Assembly (NCBI GenBank): GCA_017472685.1
Contig: JAFUOO010000022.1
Span: forward strand, 77,483-141,482
Reading direction: 5' to 3'
Origin: Clostridia bacterium
GTDB lineage: Bacteria > Bacillota > Clostridia > UMGS1883
DNA length: 64,000 nucleotides
This document shows, in pieces, positions 37,977 through 48,998 of the stretch (position 1 is its first letter; each line of letters opens with the position of its first letter). The notes below the pieces were generated by a model. That model was not told the origin of the DNA, made no database searches, and saw only the letters and a program-made list of their open reading frames with translations. The position numbers and the translations under genes are program-made.

Positions 37977-38657
37977 ATGAACATATTGATTGTTGACGAT
38001 GACAGAGAAATTGTTGAAAGTATTTCCATATTTTTGTCGGGTGAAGGCTATAAAATACTTAAGGCATATAACGGGCTTGACGCGTTGGACATTTTAAGTC
38101 AAAACGAAGTGCATCTTATGGTGCTGGACATTATGATGCCCGAGCTGGACGGAATAAAAACGCTTATGAAATTACGCGAGAGTAAGAACATTCCTGTTAT
38201 TATCCTGTCGGCAAAGAGCGAGGATGCCGATAAAATACTTGGGCTTACAGCAGGGGCTGATGATTATGTGACAAAGCCCTTTAACCCCTCGGAATTGGTG
38301 GCGAGGGTAAAGTCACAAATAAGGCGGTATACAACCCTTGGCTCAATAGAAAGCAAGGCAGGAGAGATTGTGATAAAAGGGCTCGTAATTAATACCGAAG
38401 AAAAAACTGTAGCGGTTGACGGTGAAGACGTGCGCCTTACGCCTATTGAGTATAAAATACTGGAGCTTTTGGCAAAGAACAAAGGAAAAGTGTTTTCAGC
38501 AGATGAAATTTACAAGAGGGTTTGGCGTGAGGATACTGTTGTGGGTGACAACACCATTGCGGTGCATGTGCGCCATATCCGTGAAAAAATCGAGATAAAC
38601 CCCAAAGACCCAAAATACCTAAAGGTGGTTTGGGGAATAGGCTACAAAATAGATTGA
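37977..38657 (+). CDS. OmpR-family response regulator
   Basis: Receiver domain (ILIVDDD...D...K) and winged-helix output domain. Confidence 0.85.
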   Translation: MNILIVDDDREIVESISIFLSGEGYKILKAYNGLDALDILSQNEVHLMVLDIMMPELDGIKTLMKLRESKNIPVIILSAKSEDADKILGLTAGADDYVTKPFNPSELVARVKSQIRRYTTLGSIESKAGEIVIKGLVINTEEKTVAVDGEDVRLTPIEYKILELLAKNKGKVFSADEIYKRVWREDTVVGDNTIAVHVRHIREKIEINPKDPKYLKVVWGIGYKID

Positions 38658-38667
38658 GGAGGTAACC

Positions 38668-40662
38668 ATGAAGAGATTTATATATTCATCGTATACAAAA
38701 TTTGCAGTATTAGTGCTTGTTGTTTGCTCTTTGGCATTTGCCGCGAATGTGGTGCTTGATACAATATACATTTACACCAATGAATACCAGTTATACGGAT
38801 TTGAGGAAAGTTTTGAAAAATCGCGCTATTTTGCGGCAATTCTTAACGACCCGTCAGGATATGTTGATAACGCGTATGCTCAATATTATCACAGTGAAGA
38901 TAAAACCGATATGAGCGTTGAAGATAATTTGAAAACGGCACTGGAATATCTTGATGCGTCAAAAATAAACTATTTTATTTCCATAGACGATACGGTGTTC
39001 ACAAACTGCGGAGCAGAAAGTGAAGATGATATTGTAGATGCTAAATATTATATGCTTCAAAAGAGACACGCTGGCGGACGGTTGGAATATGAATCAAATT
39101 ATGCTGAAATTTACGGACTATTAGAAGGGATATATGAATATAACAGTGAAGACGAAATAGTGGTTGCTGCAAGCGTTAAGGAGGATTACGCAAAAGAGTG
39201 TGAGGCATTGTGGACCCGTCAGGCGGCATATATCAAGGATGCTTTTATTAAGGGTGTTGCCCTGTGCATAATTGCACTTTTACTTCTCATTTACTTAGTT
39301 GCAGTTTCGGGAAAAACATATACGGGCGAACACAAAAAAATGTGGCTTGACTCTATCTGGACAGAATTGCATCTTGCGGACATAATTTTTGCAGGCGGAT
39401 TGGCAATAGGTGCTTGGTCTATTGTATTTGATATGTATTTTTATAATCAGATACCCTATTACATGGCAAAAACAATTGTGATTTTTGCGCTTTGTGCAGG
39501 ATGTTTGCTTGTTATAACTTCGCTCTTATCAATAGTACGTAAGATAAAATGCGGCATATTTGTAAATAGCAGTATCAGCTGTAAATTACTTATATGGGCA
39601 TGGAAAGTATTTGTGTATGTAATCCGATATGTGCGGGGCTGCGTTGTCCGTGTGAGAAATGCAGTGAAAATTGGTGTTAACAGGAAAACAGCCTCAATTC
39701 TTATAGGAATGCTGTTTGTGTATACGGCGTTAATTGGGCTTTGCGGAATATTTACACCCGAGACGGGTACGGCGTTGGTGTTTGGAATAGTGCTGTTTGC
39801 TTTTGCATCTTTTATACTCATGTATCGCGCTAAGGATATTGACAGCATCCGAAAGGGTGCAAATGAAATAAGAAAAGGCAACCTCACATATAAGATAAAC
39901 GATATAAAAAGCGAGGACTTGAAAGCCTTGGCAGACGATATCAACGGAATAGGCATGGGGCTTGACGAGTCCGTATCCGCAAAGATGAAGGCAGAACGGT
40001 TAAAAACTGAGCTTATAACCAATGTGTCTCACGATTTGAAAACGCCGCTTACATCAATCATAAGCTATACAGAGCTATTGTCAAATGTGGAAAAACTGCC
40101 CGAGGAAGCGAAGGATTATATCCGGATTATTGAAAAGAAGAGCCAGAGGCTTAAGAATCTTACGCAGGATTTGTTCGATATTTCAAAGGTGCAGAGCGGC
40201 AATGAGGTTATAAATTGTGAAAGACTGGATATTGCACTTCTAATTAATCAGGCTTTAGGTGAGCATGACAGTGAGATTAAAAATGCAGACCTGGCATTTT
40301 GCGTAAACGTTGAAAAAGAGCTGTTTGTAAATGCGGACGGAAGAAAAATGTCCAGAGTTATGAGCAACCTTATAAGCAATGCATTGAAGTATTCCATGAA
40401 GAACACAAGAGTGTTTGTGTCGGCAGTTGAAAAGGGCTACGAGGTGATTGTTGAGTTCAAGAACATTGCCTCATATGCCATGGATTTTGATGCCGAGGAA
40501 ATAATGGGAAGATTTGTAAGAGGCGACGAATCCAGAACAACAGAAGGAAGCGGCTTGGGGCTTGCGATTGCAAAAAGCTATACCGAAGCCTCGGGAGGAA
40601 GCTTTAATGTGGTAACAGACGGCGATTTGTTCAAGGCGATAATAAAGTTTAATAAAGCATAA
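38668..40662 (+). CDS. sensor histidine kinase (large N-terminal sensor region, HAMP, HisKA, HATPase)
   Basis: H-box ITNVSHDLKTPLTSI and a C-terminal ATPase with G-boxes. Confidence 0.8.
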   Translation: MKRFIYSSYTKFAVLVLVVCSLAFAANVVLDTIYIYTNEYQLYGFEESFEKSRYFAAILNDPSGYVDNAYAQYYHSEDKTDMSVEDNLKTALEYLDASKINYFISIDDTVFTNCGAESEDDIVDAKYYMLQKRHAGGRLEYESNYAEIYGLLEGIYEYNSEDEIVVAASVKEDYAKECEALWTRQAAYIKDAFIKGVALCIIALLLLIYLVAVSGKTYTGEHKKMWLDSIWTELHLADIIFAGGLAIGAWSIVFDMYFYNQIPYYMAKTIVIFALCAGCLLVITSLLSIVRKIKCGIFVNSSISCKLLIWAWKVFVYVIRYVRGCVVRVRNAVKIGVNRKTASILIGMLFVYTALIGLCGIFTPETGTALVFGIVLFAFASFILMYRAKDIDSIRKGANEIRKGNLTYKINDIKSEDLKALADDINGIGMGLDESVSAKMKAERLKTELITNVSHDLKTPLTSIISYTELLSNVEKLPEEAKDYIRIIEKKSQRLKNLTQDLFDISKVQSGNEVINCERLDIALLINQALGEHDSEIKNADLAFCVNVEKELFVNADGRKMSRVMSNLISNALKYSMKNTRVFVSAVEKGYEVIVEFKNIASYAMDFDAEEIMGRFVRGDESRTTEGSGLGLAIAKSYTEASGGSFNVVTDGDLFKAIIKFNKA

Positions 40663-40663
40663 A

Positions 40664-40697
40664 AGTAAAGCGCAGAAAAACTCTGCGCTTTACTTTT
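40664..40697 (+). terminator. rho-independent terminator
   Basis: agtaaagcgcagaaaaactctgcgctttact followed by tttat. Confidence 0.75.
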
Positions 40698-40745
40698 ATG
40701 ATAGAGTGATATATAATACAAACAAAATTAGTTTTGGAGTGAATT

Positions 40746-41672
40746 ATGAAGCTTTTATTTGCGCCCTTAGAGGGCATTACAAATTTTGTGTACCGAAACA
40801 CCCATAACGAAATGTTCGGTCACTTAGACGAATACTATTCGCCCTTTATAACCCCCAGTGAGGACGACAAGGTAAACCGCAAGGGACTTAACGATATTAT
40901 CCCCGAAAATAACCCGAACATTGTTATAAAGCCACAGGTTTTAACAAACAGCGCTGAAGCCTTTTTAAAGTTTACCGAAAAGCTAATGAATGTGGGCTAT
41001 GACGAGGTTAACCTTAACTTCGGCTGCCCCAGTCAGACCGTTGTTAAAAAGGGCAAGGGCTCGGGCATTTTAAAGGACCCTGACAAGGTGGAGGAGCTCC
41101 TTTACAAGGTTTTTGAAGAAAAGCCCATGAAAATATCCGTCAAAACAAGAACAGGCTTTCTCGATGGAAGAGAAATGGATAAGCTAATGGAAATTTATAA
41201 CAAATATCCTATAGAGCTTCTCATTATCCACCCAAGGACACGGAGCGATTTTTATAACGGCGTGCCCGACCTGGAGGTTTTTAAAAAAGCGTTTTACAGC
41301 TCAAAAAACCCTGTCTGCTACAACGGTAACATTGACACTGTGGAGGACTATGAGCGTATTAAAAATATGTTCCCCGAGCTGGATTGTATGATGCTTGGCA
41401 GAGGACTCATCCGCAATCCTGCTCTCCCGCGGTATATACGGGGCGGAAAAAATATTACAACCGAGGAAATCGTGGCGTTTTCAAAGTGTCTTGCGGACAA
41501 CTATCAGGCAACACTACGAAGCGAAACCTTTACCCTCAACAAGCTCAAAGAGGTATGGATGTATATGATACAAAACTACCCTACGGAAAAGAAGATTTTT
41601 AAAACAATACGTAAGGCAAATAAGCTTGCGGAATTTATCGGTGCAATTGAAGCTTTGCCTGAATTAAATTAA
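40746..41672 (+). CDS. tRNA-dihydrouridine synthase (Dus family)
   Basis: TIM-barrel motifs NLNFGCP and KISVKTR, and an LGRGL motif. Confidence 0.8.
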   Translation: MKLLFAPLEGITNFVYRNTHNEMFGHLDEYYSPFITPSEDDKVNRKGLNDIIPENNPNIVIKPQVLTNSAEAFLKFTEKLMNVGYDEVNLNFGCPSQTVVKKGKGSGILKDPDKVEELLYKVFEEKPMKISVKTRTGFLDGREMDKLMEIYNKYPIELLIIHPRTRSDFYNGVPDLEVFKKAFYSSKNPVCYNGNIDTVEDYERIKNMFPELDCMMLGRGLIRNPALPRYIRGGKNITTEEIVAFSKCLADNYQATLRSETFTLNKLKEVWMYMIQNYPTEKKIFKTIRKANKLAEFIGAIEALPELN

Positions 41673-41767
41673 TGTTTTCTGGAAATATATAAATATTGAC
41701 ACATACGTATATTTTTATTATACTGCAATTGTAGGGGAAATCCCTTAAATATACGAAAAAAGGAAGA

Positions 41768-42256
41768 ATGACGATGAAAAGAATAATCACACTTGCATTG
41801 GTTTTAATAATGGCTTTGTCCTTAGCTGCATGTGGCGGCAATAATGAGGCAGAAAACTTAACTGTAGGGCAGACACTTCTTAAAGACTTTGAAGAAAGAG
41901 CCGAAAAGGAAGATGTTACTGCCATTGCAGAAGGGCTTCTCTCTAACGAAATTATTCAGTTTATGGGCGGCAGCATGCCTATTGAGCCCGGTTACCTTAC
42001 AGGCTTCGGCGAGTATGAGGTTACAGGCTTCTCCGAGGGCGCTATGTTTTCTCCCATGATTGGCACAATACCCTTTGTAGGCTATGTTTTCCAGCTTGAA
42101 GAGGGTACTGATGCGGACGAATTCATTGCAAGCCTCGAAAAAAATGCAGACCTTCGCTGGAACATATGCACCGAGGCTGAGGAAATGGTTTCGGGCAAAA
42201 AGGGCGACAAGGTGTTCTTTGTTATGTGCCCCACAGCTTTTGAAGAGGTTGAGTAA
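41768..42256 (+). CDS. lipoprotein, function unknown
   Basis: Signal peptide with lipobox LAAC (LSLAACGG). Confidence 0.5.
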   Translation: MTMKRIITLALVLIMALSLAACGGNNEAENLTVGQTLLKDFEERAEKEDVTAIAEGLLSNEIIQFMGGSMPIEPGYLTGFGEYEVTGFSEGAMFSPMIGTIPFVGYVFQLEEGTDADEFIASLEKNADLRWNICTEAEEMVSGKKGDKVFFVMCPTAFEEVE

Positions 42257-42266
42257 ATAATTAATT

Positions 42267-42294
42267 AAAGGCGGGCATAAAAGCCCGCCTTTTA
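42267..42294 (+). terminator. rho-independent terminator
   Basis: aaaggcgggcataaaagcccgcctttt. Confidence 0.8.
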
Positions 42295-42311
42295 AGCATA
42301 GGAGAGAGGAC

Positions 42312-43709
42312 ATGCTTTTTTCAAGTATTCCGTTTTTGTACTACTTTTTGCCCATAGTTTTAATATGCTACTTTCTGGCACCGAAAGGTTTAAAAAACGC
42401 GGTGCTTTTAGTGTTTTCCTTAGGCTTTTACGCATGGGGCGAGCCCAGGTATGTTTTTTTGATGATTGCTACCGTCCTTGTGAACTATTTCATGGGGCTT
42501 CTCATTGACAGATACCGCGGAACATTAAAAGCCAAGGCTTCTTTAGCAATCTCCTGCATATTCTCCTTAGGCAGTCTTGCGTATTTCAAATACGCTGACT
42601 TTTTCATTGAAAACTTCAATCTGGCAACAGGGCTTGGTGTAAAGCTTTTAAACATTGCGCTTCCCATCGGCATAAGCTTTTACACCTTCCAGATTTTAAG
42701 CTACACCATCGATGTGTACCGTAATGATGTCAAGGTGCAGAAAAGCGTTGTGGCATTGGGTGCATATGTGTCGCTTTTCCCGCAGCTTATTGCAGGTCCC
42801 ATCGTGCGGTATTCCGATGTGGAACGTGAGCTCAAGGGAAGAGTGCACAGCTTCGATAAAGCCGCAGAGGGCATAAGGCGGTTTGTAATCGGCTTGTCAA
42901 AAAAGGTAATCATCGCCAACACAATGGGCGAAATGTGCGACGCTTTTAAAATGAGTGACGACAAATCCGTTCTCTTTTACTGGCTTTTTGCAATAGGCTA
43001 CACCCTCCAGATTTATTTCGACTTTTCGGGCTACAGCGATATGGCAATCGGTCTTGGCAAAATACTCGGCTTTGAATTTATGGAAAACTTTAACTACCCC
43101 TTTACATCAAAGAGCATAACCGAGTTCTGGCGCAGATGGCACATATCACTCGGCAGCTGGTTTCGTGACTATGTCTACATTCCCATGGGCGGAAACCGCG
43201 TGGGAAAGGCAAGGCTCTTTGTAAACATTTTTACGGTGTGGTTTCTCACCGGCTTTTGGCACGGTGCCGAATGGAATTTCATTGTGTGGGGGCTGTTCTT
43301 CGGTGTTTTGCTTACACTGGAAAAGTTCTTTTACGGCAAATGGCTCCAAAAGCTTAAAGGGCTTAACCACGTGTACGTTCTTTTTGCGGTTTTAATAAGC
43401 TTTGTAATTTTCAGTGCATCAGGAATGGGCGAGGCAATGGAGTATGTTGGCGGAATGTTCGGCTACGGAAACTTGCCCTTGGTGTCTGAAAGCTTTGTAT
43501 ATAATGCTGTAAGCTATATCTTTGTTATTATACTGGCTGTTGTCGGCTCAACACCCATAGTTAAAAATGCGTACAACAAGCTGCATAGGACAAAGGCGAG
43601 GGGTTTCCTTGATGTGCTCGAGCTGCCGATTCTTTTGGTTTTGCTTTTTGTTGTGACGGCATATCTTGCAGACGGGTCCTTCAACCCGTTCTTATATTTC
43701 AGGTTTTAG
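42312..43709 (+). CDS. MBOAT family membrane O-acyltransferase (AlgI/DltB-like)
   Basis: 465 aa, polytopic, with the conserved His-containing region (FWRRWHISL). Confidence 0.8.
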   Translation: MLFSSIPFLYYFLPIVLICYFLAPKGLKNAVLLVFSLGFYAWGEPRYVFLMIATVLVNYFMGLLIDRYRGTLKAKASLAISCIFSLGSLAYFKYADFFIENFNLATGLGVKLLNIALPIGISFYTFQILSYTIDVYRNDVKVQKSVVALGAYVSLFPQLIAGPIVRYSDVERELKGRVHSFDKAAEGIRRFVIGLSKKVIIANTMGEMCDAFKMSDDKSVLFYWLFAIGYTLQIYFDFSGYSDMAIGLGKILGFEFMENFNYPFTSKSITEFWRRWHISLGSWFRDYVYIPMGGNRVGKARLFVNIFTVWFLTGFWHGAEWNFIVWGLFFGVLLTLEKFFYGKWLQKLKGLNHVYVLFAVLISFVIFSASGMGEAMEYVGGMFGYGNLPLVSESFVYNAVSYIFVIILAVVGSTPIVKNAYNKLHRTKARGFLDVLELPILLVLLFVVTAYLADGSFNPFLYFRF

Positions 43710-43719
43710 GAGGTAGGCT

Positions 43720-44805
43720 ATGAAAAGTAAAATAACAACTTTTGTGTTTGCCATTGTGCTTTTTGTAACCTCCGCAATCTGTATTGTTAAGCCTTCGGGA
43801 AGCTATTCGGAAAGCGAAAGGCGCCCCTTGGAAAAAATGCCTGCATTTACTGCCGAAAAGGTTTTTGACGGCACTTTCATGACAGGCTTTGAAAAATATG
43901 CAACGGACCAATTTCCCGCACGTGATTTTCTCAGGGGAGTGAAAGCCGCCTTTGTAACGGATGTTTTAATGAAAAAGGACAACAACTCGCTTTTTGTCAA
44001 GGACGGACACATTTCAAAGCTCGACGGCAGCATCAACGAAAGTATGCTTGACTATGCGGCAACGCTTTTTGAAAGGCTTGCAGCTAAGCACGCAAAGGGC
44101 AAGGTTTATTTTTCAATCGTGCCCGACAAAAACCTTTATCTCACAGAAAATAGCATATATCCTTCCATGGATTACACCGCATTTATCGAAAGCATGAAAC
44201 AAAAAACGCCCTTTATGGAGTATGTTGACATAACGCATCTCTTGGATATTGATGACTACTACAAAACCGACACCCATTGGCGACAGGAGAAAATTGCCCC
44301 CGTGGCAGCCTTTCTCGCAAATACAATGGGCACCGTAATCCCTGCCGAATACACCGAAAACGAAGTGGAGCGGGATTTTTACGGGGTGTATCACGGACAG
44401 CTGGCGTTGCCTTTTGAGGCTGACAAAATGGTTTATCTCACAAACAGCGTTATTGACCAATTCAATGTGACCTATCTCAGCACGGGTGAAGCTGTCCGTG
44501 GCGATGTGTACAACATGAAAAAGGCAATGGGACGCGATATGTACGAAATGTTCCTTTCGGGCTCAGAAAGTGTGGTTGTCATTGAAAACCCCATGGCAGA
44601 AAACACTAAGGAGCTTGTTATCTTCCGCGATTCGTATGCATCAAGCCTTGCACCACTTCTTGCACAAGGCTACAAAAAAACAACTCTTGTTGACATTCGC
44701 TACATGCAGTCAGCATTTTTAGAAAATTACGTTGATTTCAGTAGCTGCGATGTGCTGTTTTTGTACAGTACATCGGTACTGAATACAAGCACATCTATGA
44801 AGTAA
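43720..44805 (+). CDS. DHHW family protein (AlgJ/AlgX-like partner of MBOAT)
   Basis: N-terminal anchor, the motif DTHWRQE, and placement downstream of the MBOAT gene. Confidence 0.7.
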   Translation: MKSKITTFVFAIVLFVTSAICIVKPSGSYSESERRPLEKMPAFTAEKVFDGTFMTGFEKYATDQFPARDFLRGVKAAFVTDVLMKKDNNSLFVKDGHISKLDGSINESMLDYAATLFERLAAKHAKGKVYFSIVPDKNLYLTENSIYPSMDYTAFIESMKQKTPFMEYVDITHLLDIDDYYKTDTHWRQEKIAPVAAFLANTMGTVIPAEYTENEVERDFYGVYHGQLALPFEADKMVYLTNSVIDQFNVTYLSTGEAVRGDVYNMKKAMGRDMYEMFLSGSESVVVIENPMAENTKELVIFRDSYASSLAPLLAQGYKKTTLVDIRYMQSAFLENYVDFSSCDVLFLYSTSVLNTSTSMK

Positions 44806-44833
44806 AAAAAGCTTGCCGACGGCAAGCTTTTTT
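44806..44833. terminator. bidirectional terminator between convergent genes
   Basis: aaaaagcttgccgacggcaagcttttt. Confidence 0.85.
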
Positions 44834-44836
44834 ACT

Positions 44837-45350
44837 TCATATGTACGATACAATATCGTCAATGTTTTTAAACTGTGAGTGCATGTCAATAGGTGCGCTA
44901 TCCTCAGCCGGGTAACCCATAACAAGTAGTGCAACAGGCACAAGATTTTCGGCAATTTCAAATTCCTCAACCATTTTCTGAGGGTTAAAGTGCATAACCC
45001 ATGTTGAGCCTACGCCTAATTCCGTTGCTTCCAGCATCATGTGTGTTGTCACGATAGACGCATCAACAAAGCCCGAGCTTTCGCCGTCATACTTTCTTAC
45101 CCAGCATTCGTCCTTATTGTAGCAAACAAGCATTGCCAAGGGTGCATCAAAGTGACAGCGTGTGCAACTCTTGAGCTTTTCAAGCCCCTGGGGGGAATTG
45201 ATAACAAAAATCCTCTGGGGCTGGTAATTGCAGGCTGTAGGCGCAACGTGACCTGCCTTAAGAATCTTGTCAATAACTTCTTTTTCCACGCTTTCGTTTC
45301 TGAACTTACGCACAGAGTATCTTTCTTCTGCTAATTTTAAAAAATCCATT
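44837..45350 (-). CDS. nitroreductase family protein
   Basis: MDFLKLAEERYSVRKF start with AAGGAG ribosome-binding site, an FMN-binding fold, and RCHFDAP. Confidence 0.7.
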
Positions 45351-45465
45351 CTCAATCGCTCCTTTTTATTGATTGTATCATAAGAAAATCCTTTTCGCAA
45401 CTGTTTGACAGAAATATTCTGTTATGATAAAATGTTCTTAATTAAGCATTTTTTGGAGTGGTTTC

Positions 45466-47190
45466 ATGCGAATACTGAATAAATATCTCAAAAAATATTA
45501 CCCCAGGATGGCACTGGGCTTTTCCATAAAAAGCATTGGTACTCTCAGCGAGCTGATGCTTCCTTACATTCTTAGTCATATCCTTACAAATGTATTGGGC
45601 AAAAATGTTGGCGAGATAATTATGTGGGGCGGGCTGATGGTTTTATTCTCCGCCATTGCTTGTAGCTTCAATATTGTTGCCAACCGTATGGCGGCAAAGG
45701 TATCAAGAAATTTTGCCGAAGCACTCAGAAGGGATTTGTTTTATAAAACCCTGCATCTGTCAGCGAGACAGACGGATAAATTCACCATACCGTCCCTTGA
45801 GTCGAGAATTACCACCGATACATACAATGTGCACCATTTTGTGAATATGATACAGCGCCTTGGTGTAAGAGCGCCCATGCTGCTTATAGGCGGCATTGCT
45901 GTTACTCTTGTGATGGATGCATATTTGTCTCTTGTTATGATTTCCATGCTTCCGCTCATGTTTATTGTGGTGTATTTCATATCACGCAAGGGTGTGCCTC
46001 TTTACACAAAGGTACAGAAAAGGGTTGACTCAATGGTGCGTGTTGTACGCGAGGACGCTCACGGCATACGGGTGATAAAGGCATTGTCAAAGACAGATTA
46101 CGAAAACCGACGTTTTGACAAGGTCAACCGCGAGCTTGTAGGCGAGGAAACAAAATCCGGTGTTATCATGGGCAGCGTTAACCCCATTATGACCCTTTTC
46201 ATGAATATGGGCAGTGTGGCAGTTATTGCAATCGGTGCTCACAGAGTGACGGGCAGCTTGTCCAGTGCGGAAACCGTAATCGCTTTTATGCAGTATTTTA
46301 CCCTTATTTCAAATGCTATGATGTCTGTTACAAGAATGTTTGTTATGTATACAAAGTCTGCCGCTTCTGCAAGACGAATTTCCGAAGTTCTCTATACAGA
46401 GGAGGAGCAAAGGGTTGAAGCGAAAGAAAAATTCCCGGATATTAAAACCGACGCTCATATAAAATTTGACAAAGTATGTTTTTCCTATAACGGCAAAAGG
46501 AACAACCTTACAAATATTGATTTTGAAATCAAAAAGGGCGAATCCTTGGGCATTATCGGCGCAACAGGCGCAGGTAAGTCCACAATTGTGAAGCTTCTTC
46601 TCAGGTTTTACGATGCAAATTCGGGAGGCATATACATAAATGGGGAAGACATACGCACCGTTGAAAAGAGCAGGCTTTATGAAATGTTCGGCTCTGCACT
46701 CCAGCACGACTTTTTGTACGCCGATACAATAGAGGAAAACATCCGCTTCGGTCGCAATGCTGTTTCACACGACGATGTAGAACGAGCAACAAAAACAGCT
46801 CAGGCAGAGGAATTTATAAAAGCCTTCCCCGAAGGGTATGAGCATGTGTTATCCCAGCATGGAACAAACATTTCAGGCGGTCAGAAGCAGAGGCTTTTAA
46901 TATCCCGAGCCATATGTACAAAGCCCGACATTCTTATTCTTGACGACTCGTCCTCCGCGCTGGATTACAAAACCGACGCGGCGTTAAGGCGTGCTCTTAA
47001 GGAACAAATGGCAGGCACCACAGTTGTAACCGTTGCTCAAAGAGTGAGCAGCATAAAGGACTGCGAGCTTATAATTGTCCTTGACGAGGGCAGGATTATC
47101 GGCATGGGAGACCATTCCTGCCTTATGGAAAACTGCAGTGAATATAACGAAATTGCATTATCCCAGATGGGAGGTGCCTTTGTTGACTAA
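45466..47190 (+). CDS. ABC transporter permease/ATP-binding protein (exporter half, type I fold)
   Basis: Six transmembrane helices plus Walker A GATGAGKST, the LSGGQKQR signature, and Walker B ILILDD. Confidence 0.85.
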   Translation: MRILNKYLKKYYPRMALGFSIKSIGTLSELMLPYILSHILTNVLGKNVGEIIMWGGLMVLFSAIACSFNIVANRMAAKVSRNFAEALRRDLFYKTLHLSARQTDKFTIPSLESRITTDTYNVHHFVNMIQRLGVRAPMLLIGGIAVTLVMDAYLSLVMISMLPLMFIVVYFISRKGVPLYTKVQKRVDSMVRVVREDAHGIRVIKALSKTDYENRRFDKVNRELVGEETKSGVIMGSVNPIMTLFMNMGSVAVIAIGAHRVTGSLSSAETVIAFMQYFTLISNAMMSVTRMFVMYTKSAASARRISEVLYTEEEQRVEAKEKFPDIKTDAHIKFDKVCFSYNGKRNNLTNIDFEIKKGESLGIIGATGAGKSTIVKLLLRFYDANSGGIYINGEDIRTVEKSRLYEMFGSALQHDFLYADTIEENIRFGRNAVSHDDVERATKTAQAEEFIKAFPEGYEHVLSQHGTNISGGQKQRLLISRAICTKPDILILDDSSSALDYKTDAALRRALKEQMAGTTVVTVAQRVSSIKDCELIIVLDEGRIIGMGDHSCLMENCSEYNEIALSQMGGAFVD

Positions 47191-48961
47191 GAAGAAAAAT
47201 GTAAAAGGCATATTTTTACGACTGTGCGGATATGTTTTTTGTTACTGGTATCTTTTTATCCCTGCGGTTATACTGACGCTTCTGTCAAACCAGCTTTCTC
47301 TTCTCGGGCCCAGGTTTTCGGGCGATGCAATTGACGCCATTGCAGCAGTGGGCGGAGTTCAGTTTGACAAGGTGCAAAGCGCTGTAATAGCTATGGTAGT
47401 ATGTTACATCCTTTCGGCGCTTTTGAGCTACATACTTGCGGTGCTGATGATTTTTATCGGTCAGAAAATTGTTTATACCATGCGCCGTGAGGTTTTTGAA
47501 AAACTGACAAGTCTTCCTGTGGGCTACTTTGACACACATCCTGCAGGTGATTTGATAAGCCGTATTTCATATGATATAGACACAATCAATTCAACTCTTT
47601 CTCATGACCTTGTACAGGTTATGACAAGCGTGTATACGGTTGTGGGGTCACTTATATTCATGTGGAATATATCAAAGCCCCTTATTCTTGTTTTTACAAT
47701 TACAGTGCCCTGCGCAGTGTTGTTCACAAGATTCCGTTCAAAAAGGATAAGACCCCTGTTCTCTGAACGAAGTAAAAAGCTGGGCGAGCTGAACGGATAT
47801 GCCGAGGAAATGCTTTCAGGCGTAAGAAGCATACAGGCATATGAAAGGGAGGAGGAAATTTCCTCCAGGTTCAATAAACGGAACAAGGAGTCTATGGACG
47901 CTTATTATAAAGCCGATTATTACGGCTGTACCATGGGTCCTACGGTGAATTTTATCAACAATCTGTCAATCTCTCTTGTTATGATAATGGGCGGCATTTT
48001 ATACCTTTATTCTCAGAACGGCGTGGCACCAATTGGCTCTTTCTTTTTCATAACATTGGGCGGCGTTGCACAGTTTGTGCAGTATTCGAGAAAATTTGCA
48101 GGCCCCATAAACGAATTTGCCAATATTTTAAGCGAATTCCAGTCTGCATTTTCCGCAGCAGAGCGAGTTTTCAGAATTATTGATGCGGATGCCGAAAAAG
48201 CCGATTGTGAAAATGCAAAAATTCTTGAAAATGTAAAAGGCGATGTTGAGTTCGAAAACGTAAAATTCGGTTACGTGCCCGATAAAACAATTCTGCACGG
48301 CATATCCTTCAAGGCTCCAAAAGGCAAAACGGTTGCCATTGTTGGCCCTACGGGAGCGGGTAAAACAACAATAATCAGTCTTCTCATGCGCTTTTACGAC
48401 GCAACAAGCGGAAGGATAACCGTTGACGGGGCTTCTTCCACCGCCGTAACGCGGAAATCTCTTCGCAGCGCATATACAATGGTGCTTCAGGATACATGGC
48501 TTTTTGCAGGCAGCATATATGATAATATTGCCTACGGCCGCGAAGGTGCAACCATGGACGAGGTAATTGCCGCGGCGAAATCGGCGCGAATTCACTCTTA
48601 TATTGAAAGTCTGCCTGAAGGCTACAATACCATTCTGACGGATGACGGCATAAACATTTCAAAGGGGCAGAAACAGCTTATAACAATTGCACGTGCTATG
48701 ATTTCCTCTTCGCCCATGCTTATACTGGACGAAGCAACAAGCAACGTTGACTCAAGGACCGAGATTAAAATTCAGGAAGCAATGAAAGAGCTTATGAAAG
48801 GACGAACCTGTTTCATTATTGCTCATCGTTTGTCGACAATTCAGAATTCTGATGTTATTCTTGTTCTTCAGGACGGTAAAATAACAGAAATGGGCAACCA
48901 TGACGAGCTGATGGCAAAGGGTGGATTTTACAGCAGCCTTTACAATTCTCAATACGAATAA
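47177..48961 (+). CDS. ABC transporter permease/ATP-binding protein (second half of a heterodimeric exporter)
   Basis: Walker A GPTGAGKTT and Walker B LILDEATS; the C-loop here reads ISKGQKQL instead of the canonical LSGGQ. A TTG start with GGAGG ribosome-binding site overlaps the upstream stop. Confidence 0.8.
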   Translation, partial: PLLTKKKNVKGIFLRLCGYVFCYWYLFIPAVILTLLSNQLSLLGPRFSGDAIDAIAAVGGVQFDKVQSAVIAMVVCYILSALLSYILAVLMIFIGQKIVYTMRREVFEKLTSLPVGYFDTHPAGDLISRISYDIDTINSTLSHDLVQVMTSVYTVVGSLIFMWNISKPLILVFTITVPCAVLFTRFRSKRIRPLFSERSKKLGELNGYAEEMLSGVRSIQAYEREEEISSRFNKRNKESMDAYYKADYYGCTMGPTVNFINNLSISLVMIMGGILYLYSQNGVAPIGSFFFITLGGVAQFVQYSRKFAGPINEFANILSEFQSAFSAAERVFRIIDADAEKADCENAKILENVKGDVEFENVKFGYVPDKTILHGISFKAPKGKTVAIVGPTGAGKTTIISLLMRFYDATSGRITVDGASSTAVTRKSLRSAYTMVLQDTWLFAGSIYDNIAYGREGATMDEVIAAAKSARIHSYIESLPEGYNTILTDDGINISKGQKQLITIARAMISSSPMLILDEATSNVDSRTEIKIQEAMKELMKGRTCFIIAHRLSTIQNSDVILVLQDGKITEMGNHDELMAKGGFYSSLYNSQYE

Positions 48962-48964
48962 ACA

Positions 48965-48997
48965 AAAAGCGGTGTTCTGAAAAGAAACACCGCTTTT
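48965..48997. terminator. bidirectional terminator
   Basis: aaaagcggtgttctgaaaagaaacaccgctttt. Confidence 0.8.
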
Positions 48998-48998
48998 G